Below are positions 59,423 to 64,000 of a DNA stretch of 64,000 bases, piece after piece. The notes beneath the pieces are model-generated. The model saw nothing but the letters and a program-made list of their open reading frames with translations, was not told the DNA's origin and ran no database searches. The stretch is from Planctomycetota bacterium (GTDB taxonomy: Bacteria; Planctomycetota; UBA8108; SXIK01). Every line of letters starts with the position of its first letter. The stretch's first letter is position 1. The stretch covers positions 6,464,001 to 6,528,000 of the forward strand of contig CBDCXR010000004.1 of assembly GCA_965223845.1 (NCBI GenBank), written 5' to 3'. The translations under genes and the position numbers were made by a program.

Positions 59423-62400
59423 ATGAGTACGAGACTCTCGATCCTCGCAGCAGCGATCACGGTCGGGATGAGCTCCCTGGGAGCGGCGGACTGGCCGACG
59501 TACCGGCACGACAATCAGCGCAGCGGAACGACGACCGAGGAGCTCGATCTTTCGCGCCTCGCGCTCGCCTGGACGCATCGTTCGGCGCAGCCGCCTCAGC
59601 CGGCCTGGGCCGGTCCCGCGAAGTGGGACGCCTACGCGGGAATCCGCGGACTCCGTTCGATGCGGAACTACGATCCCGTGTTTCACGTGACCGCGGCGGC
59701 CGGTCTCGTCTTCTTCGGCTCGAGCGCCGACGACAGCGTGTACGCGCTCGACGCGGCGAGCGGCGAGGTGCGCTGGACAGTGACGACGGACGGACCCGTC
59801 CGCATCGCGCCGACGTACTCCCGTGGTCATCTCTACTTTGGATCGGACGACGGCAGAGCCTACTGCGTTCGGGCGTCCGACGGCACTCAGCGCTGGGTTC
59901 ATTCGCCGGAGACGGCGACCGCTCCGCTCATTCTTCACAACGGACGAATGATCTCGCGAGCTCCGTGCCGCACCGGTGTCCTCGTCCGCGACGGGATCGC
60001 CTACTTCGCGGGATCGCTCCTTCCGTGGGAACCGTCGTACCTAGCCGCGGTCGACGCCGAGACCGGCGTGGCGACCGGAGAGGGTCGATACATCGCTCCG
60101 CAGGCGGGACTCACGCTCGAAGGCGCGCTTCTCGCTTCCTCGACGCTGCTCGTCGCTCCCCAGGGACGCATCGAGCCACTCTTGATGCGGCGGAGCGACG
60201 GCGCGAGGCTCGGCGGGCTCAAGGGCGGCGGCGGCTGCTTCGTGCTTCTCACGAGCGACTCGCACATCCTCTACGGTCCGGGAAACAAGACAGGTTGGAT
60301 CACGGACAGCAGCACCGAGACGCGCGAGAAGATCGCGAGCTACTCGGGAGGAAACTCGGTCGTCGTGGCGGGCGACATCGCATACCTGCTGACGGACGAC
60401 GCGATCTCTGCGCTCGATCGGTCCACGCGAAAGCCGATCTGGACGACGCCGACGCGACACCCCTACGACTTGATCTTCGCCGGCGGGACCCTCTTCGCCG
60501 GCGGGCAGGACTCCGTCGTCGCCATCGATGCCCTCACGGGCGAGATCCATTGGCGAGCCGCCGTTCCCGGTAGGGCGTACGGACTCGCGGTGGCGGACGG
60601 GCGTCTTTTCGTGAGCACGGATTCCGGGGCGATCTGTTGCTTCGAAGCCTCGGCGAATCCGGACGCGGCCAGCCCGCAAGCGGTCGCCGCCCGAGCGGAC
60701 GGCGAGTCGCCTCGATCCGAGGCGAGAATCGCCCCGATCGCCGCCGCCGGACTTCTCGGCCGCTGGGTGTTCTCCTCGGCGGGAGTCCGCGGACGAGTCG
60801 TCACCGACCAGGCCGGCTCTTCGAACGCGACGATCTCCGCGTCTCCGCGGCTCGGCGTCGCGAACGGGATCGAAGCTCTTCTCCTCGACGGCTCGACCAG
60901 CATCGTCGTTCGAACATCGTTTCGCGACGCTGCGCAGCCCGTCCGCGCGATGACCGCCTCGGCTTGGGTCCGCATCGATCAGCCCCTCTCCTGGGGCGGA
61001 ATTCTCGGCGCCGTGCAGGACAACGGCGAGGAGGAGCAGGGGTGGATTCTCGGCTACGTCGAATCGCGGTTCTCGTTCGCGCTCCGCGGAAAAGGCGGAA
61101 CCGGCCGGCTGACCTATCTCACCGACACGCGCGACTTCGTCCCCGGCCGGTGGTATCACGTCGCCGGGGTGTACGACGGCCGCGAAATGCGGCTCTACGT
61201 CGACGGCCAGCATCGCGCCGCGTCGACCGAGCAATCCGGCGAGATCGTCTATCCTCCGAGCGCTCCGTACGAAATCGCGGCGTACCACGACGACGACGAG
61301 AACTTTCGCGCGACGGGAGCGATCGCCGAGGCGCGACTCTATCGCCGAGCGCTGTCACTGGACGAGATTGCGGGCGCGGCGCGCGACCGCGAGCCTGTCT
61401 ACGAGGAGATCGTTACGCTCGCGCGCGGTCCCGCGCTCGAGTTCACGGCGCGCGGGACTGCACGCGTTACGTGGGAGTCCGCCGCGGCGACGCCTTCCGT
61501 CGTCGAGGTCGCGAGCGACGACGGCAGCGTTCGTCGCTTCGAAGACCGCGTCGAGAAGACGCGGCATACGCTCACGATCGACGGTCTCGAGCACCGACGA
61601 GTCTACGAGTGCCGAATCAAGATCCTCGACGAAGGCGTCGAGCGCTCGACCGCGCCGTTTGAGTGCGACACCTTTTTCGACTTCTCCGTCCCGCCCGTAC
61701 GGCTCGCGTCGCATCAAGCCGAAGCGAAGGACGAGGCGGTCGACTGGGACGAGTTGGCGAAGCAGTTTCTCGATCGTTCTGGGGTCGATCGCGGCGTCGC
61801 GCTCGTCCTCGGCGTCGACGGCGGACGACTTGCGCACGCGCTCGCTCGGCGGAGCCGACTCCGAGTCATCGGCGTCGACACCGACCGGGCCGAGATCGCT
61901 TCCGCGCGCGCTTGGCTGCGGAGCGAGGGAGCTTACGGCGCGCGGGTGACTCTCCTCCGGGTCGAATCGCTCGAGGAGCTGCCGTTCGCCGGCCAGTTCG
62001 CGAACCTCGTCGTCATGGCCGATCTCTTCGCGGACGGTCGACCGGCAGGGCGTGCCGCGGAGCTCTATCGTCAACTGCGCCCGGCGGGAGGAACCGCGAT
62101 TCTAGCCGTGCGAGCGAACGGCGACGCAATCGAGTCGCGTCGCGCATCGCTCGAGCTTGCGCGATGGCTCGATCGCGATGAGATCGGTCACCACCTCCGC
62201 GTAGACTCGACGGGCGCGTGGGTGTCGATCGTTCGAGGCGAGATTCCCGGCGCCGGTGAGTGGTCGCATCAGTACGGCCGCGCCGACAACTCGGCGTACG
62301 GGGGCGAGGCATTGGGCGGGGCGAAATCGTCGGGCGAGCTCCTCGCCCAGTGGATCGGACGTCCGGGTCCGCGTGCGCAGCCCGATCGGAACGGCAGGAA

Positions 62401-63559
62401 GCCCGCTCCGCTCGCGGTGAACGGACGCCTCTTCGTGCAGGGGCTGCGCCGCCTGGTCGCGCTCGACGCGTACAACGGCTCCGTTCTGTGGGCGCTCGAG
62501 ATTCCGGAGATCGAACGGTTCAATCTCCCGCGCGACTGCAGTAACTGGTGCGCCGACGACCGCTCGGTCTACGCGGCGATCCGCGGCCGATGCTGGAAGA
62601 TCGCCGCCGCCACCGGGTCGATCGATGCGACGTTCGCACCGGTTGTCGAACGTGAAACGAACGAGATGTACGACTGGGGATACGTCGCGCGCGTCGGGGA
62701 TCGCCTCCTCGGGAGCGCGGTTCGGCGCGGGTCGGCGTACACCAATTTCTGGGGCAACGCGAACGCGGGTTGGTACGACGCGACGCACGGTCCGGCGACG
62801 TACAAGGTTTGCAGCGAGAGCCTGTTCGCGCTCTCCGCGGCGGACGGAAGCGAGCGCTGGACGTACGCCGGTGGACTCGTGATCAACTCGACGATCACGG
62901 CGACGGACGATCGCGTGTTTTTCATCGAGTCCCGAAACGACGAGGTGCGGCGGAGCGAGGCGCGACGCGTGGGATCGTCCGCGCTTTGGAAGGACCAGTT
63001 TCTCGTCGCACTCGACGGCGGAAGCGGCGAGCGAATCTGGTCTAGACCGATCGATACCGCCGACGGTATCGTTGTCTTCTACTTGGCCGCGAGCGAGGAA
63101 CAGCTCGTACTCGTCTCGTCCGGCGCGAAGACGTACCACGTCTACGCGTTCGCGCAATCGGACGGTGAGCCGCTCTGGGAGGTCAGCTATCCGTGGGAGA
63201 AGGGGGATCACGGCGCGCACATGTCGCGCCCGGCGATCGTCGGCGGATCGGTGTACGTGCGCCCGCGCGCGTACGATCTCGCGACCGGGCGGCGACTCGA
63301 GCACGACGTCCCCGGCGGCGGCTGCGGCACGTACGCCGCGACGGATGGAGCGCTGATCTTTCGCGCGGGAAACGTCACGCTGTGGAGCCGCGAGGACGGC
63401 GAGACGACGAGCTGGACGCGGCTGCGGCCGGATTGCTGGCTGAGCACGATTCCGTCCGGCGGCATGCTGCTCTCGCCCGAAGGCGGCGGTGGTTGCAGTT
63501 GCGGTTCATGGCTCGAGACCTCGGTCGGCTTCCTTCCCCGTGCCGTCGCCTCCCGCTGA
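59423..63559 (+). CDS. Large secreted PQQ-like beta-propeller + LamG + Fn3-like + SAM-methyltransferase-like + PQQ-repeat protein
   Basis: ADWPTYRHDNQRSG, FFGSSADDSVYALDAASG; GRWYHVAGVYDG..RLYVDG (LamG); ALVLGVDGGRLA..VIGVD..LPFAGQFANLVV..LRPAGG (MTase-like); GEWSHQYG; C-terminal RPDCW..GGGCSC. Confidence 0.9.
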   Translation: MSTRLSILAAAITVGMSSLGAADWPTYRHDNQRSGTTTEELDLSRLALAWTHRSAQPPQPAWAGPAKWDAYAGIRGLRSMRNYDPVFHVTAAAGLVFFGSSADDSVYALDAASGEVRWTVTTDGPVRIAPTYSRGHLYFGSDDGRAYCVRASDGTQRWVHSPETATAPLILHNGRMISRAPCRTGVLVRDGIAYFAGSLLPWEPSYLAAVDAETGVATGEGRYIAPQAGLTLEGALLASSTLLVAPQGRIEPLLMRRSDGARLGGLKGGGGCFVLLTSDSHILYGPGNKTGWITDSSTETREKIASYSGGNSVVVAGDIAYLLTDDAISALDRSTRKPIWTTPTRHPYDLIFAGGTLFAGGQDSVVAIDALTGEIHWRAAVPGRAYGLAVADGRLFVSTDSGAICCFEASANPDAASPQAVAARADGESPRSEARIAPIAAAGLLGRWVFSSAGVRGRVVTDQAGSSNATISASPRLGVANGIEALLLDGSTSIVVRTSFRDAAQPVRAMTASAWVRIDQPLSWGGILGAVQDNGEEEQGWILGYVESRFSFALRGKGGTGRLTYLTDTRDFVPGRWYHVAGVYDGREMRLYVDGQHRAASTEQSGEIVYPPSAPYEIAAYHDDDENFRATGAIAEARLYRRALSLDEIAGAARDREPVYEEIVTLARGPALEFTARGTARVTWESAAATPSVVEVASDDGSVRRFEDRVEKTRHTLTIDGLEHRRVYECRIKILDEGVERSTAPFECDTFFDFSVPPVRLASHQAEAKDEAVDWDELAKQFLDRSGVDRGVALVLGVDGGRLAHALARRSRLRVIGVDTDRAEIASARAWLRSEGAYGARVTLLRVESLEELPFAGQFANLVVMADLFADGRPAGRAAELYRQLRPAGGTAILAVRANGDAIESRRASLELARWLDRDEIGHHLRVDSTGAWVSIVRGEIPGAGEWSHQYGRADNSAYGGEALGGAKSSGELLAQWIGRPGPRAQPDRNGRKPAPLAVNGRLFVQGLRRLVALDAYNGSVLWALEIPEIERFNLPRDCSNWCADDRSVYAAIRGRCWKIAAATGSIDATFAPVVERETNEMYDWGYVARVGDRLLGSAVRRGSAYTNFWGNANAGWYDATHGPATYKVCSESLFALSAADGSERWTYAGGLVINSTITATDDRVFFIESRNDEVRRSEARRVGSSALWKDQFLVALDGGSGERIWSRPIDTADGIVVFYLAASEEQLVLVSSGAKTYHVYAFAQSDGEPLWEVSYPWEKGDHGAHMSRPAIVGGSVYVRPRAYDLATGRRLEHDVPGGGCGTYAATDGALIFRAGNVTLWSREDGETTSWTRLRPDCWLSTIPSGGMLLSPEGGGGCSCGSWLETSVGFLPRAVASR

Positions 63560-63845
63560 GGGCGATCGTGGCCGCTGAGACAGCAGAACGCCGAGAGCGA
63601 TTCTGCTAGGGGAATATTGGGGGTCCGTTCAGCGGAGCCGAGCGCCGGGATCGCGGTCTCGCCTCCCACCGCGTGAGACTTCGCTCTCGTCGTCCGCGTC
63701 GGCCTTCGTTGTGGTGGTTTCGCAGCACCGATAGGATGTCGCCGGCTCGAATCGTCTGGGTCCGATTCGAAGGTTCGCCGAGGGTGGCGGCGCGCGGCCA
63801 AATCGAGTGCATCCCGAGCGTGTGAGAACCAGGGAGGGTTGGGTG

Positions 63846-64000
63846 ATGAAGAGTCGGCTGAGATGTTTGTTGTGGGCGGGAGTCGCATTCGCTGCGATCT
63901 CGCATCGATCGACCGACTTCACGTTCGCGCAGGAATCGGCGGAGGAAACTTCCGCCGAAGCCGAGGAAGCGAAGAAGGAGGCCGAGCTCGAACGCGTGCG
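63846..64000 (+). CDS. 5' part of a secreted protein, runs off window end
   Basis: GGAGGG upstream; MKSRLRCLLWAGVAFAA...FAQESAEETSAEAEEAKKEAELERV, open to window end. Confidence 0.65.
   Translation, partial: MKSRLRCLLWAGVAFAAISHRSTDFTFAQESAEETSAEAEEAKKEAELERV

Overview
GC-rich bacterial chromosome segment, very probably Planctomycetota (DUF1501 + DUF1549/DUF1553 cytochrome pair, planctomycete cytochrome-c domains, DUF1080/ThuA, CotH-dockerin, giant PQQ-repeat protein). About 42 plausible CDS; most other ORF-track entries are GC-rich shadow ORFs. Content is mostly envelope/secreted proteins and metabolism (tal, waaA, LPS kinase, AGCS symporter, GlnA4/PuuD/SDR gamma-glutamylation operon, rnhA), plus signalling (hybrid kinase, 1750-aa kinase-ATPase-TPR-GAF-sigma54 activator, a second sigma54 activator) and a Hhe-like DUF4011 helicase defence candidate. 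No rRNA, tRNA, CRISPR array, transposase or integrase was recognised. Most striking unannotated signals: (i) a 240-340-nt extensively base-paired, non-coding, RNA-like element at ~57318-57658 between rnhA and a divergent sigma54 activator, with a sigma54 -24/-12 motif pointing into it; (ii) a dispersed family of CGAAG-periodic inverted repeats between convergent genes, one copy absorbed into the waaA reading frame. All calls are by eye from motifs; no database search or folding program was run.
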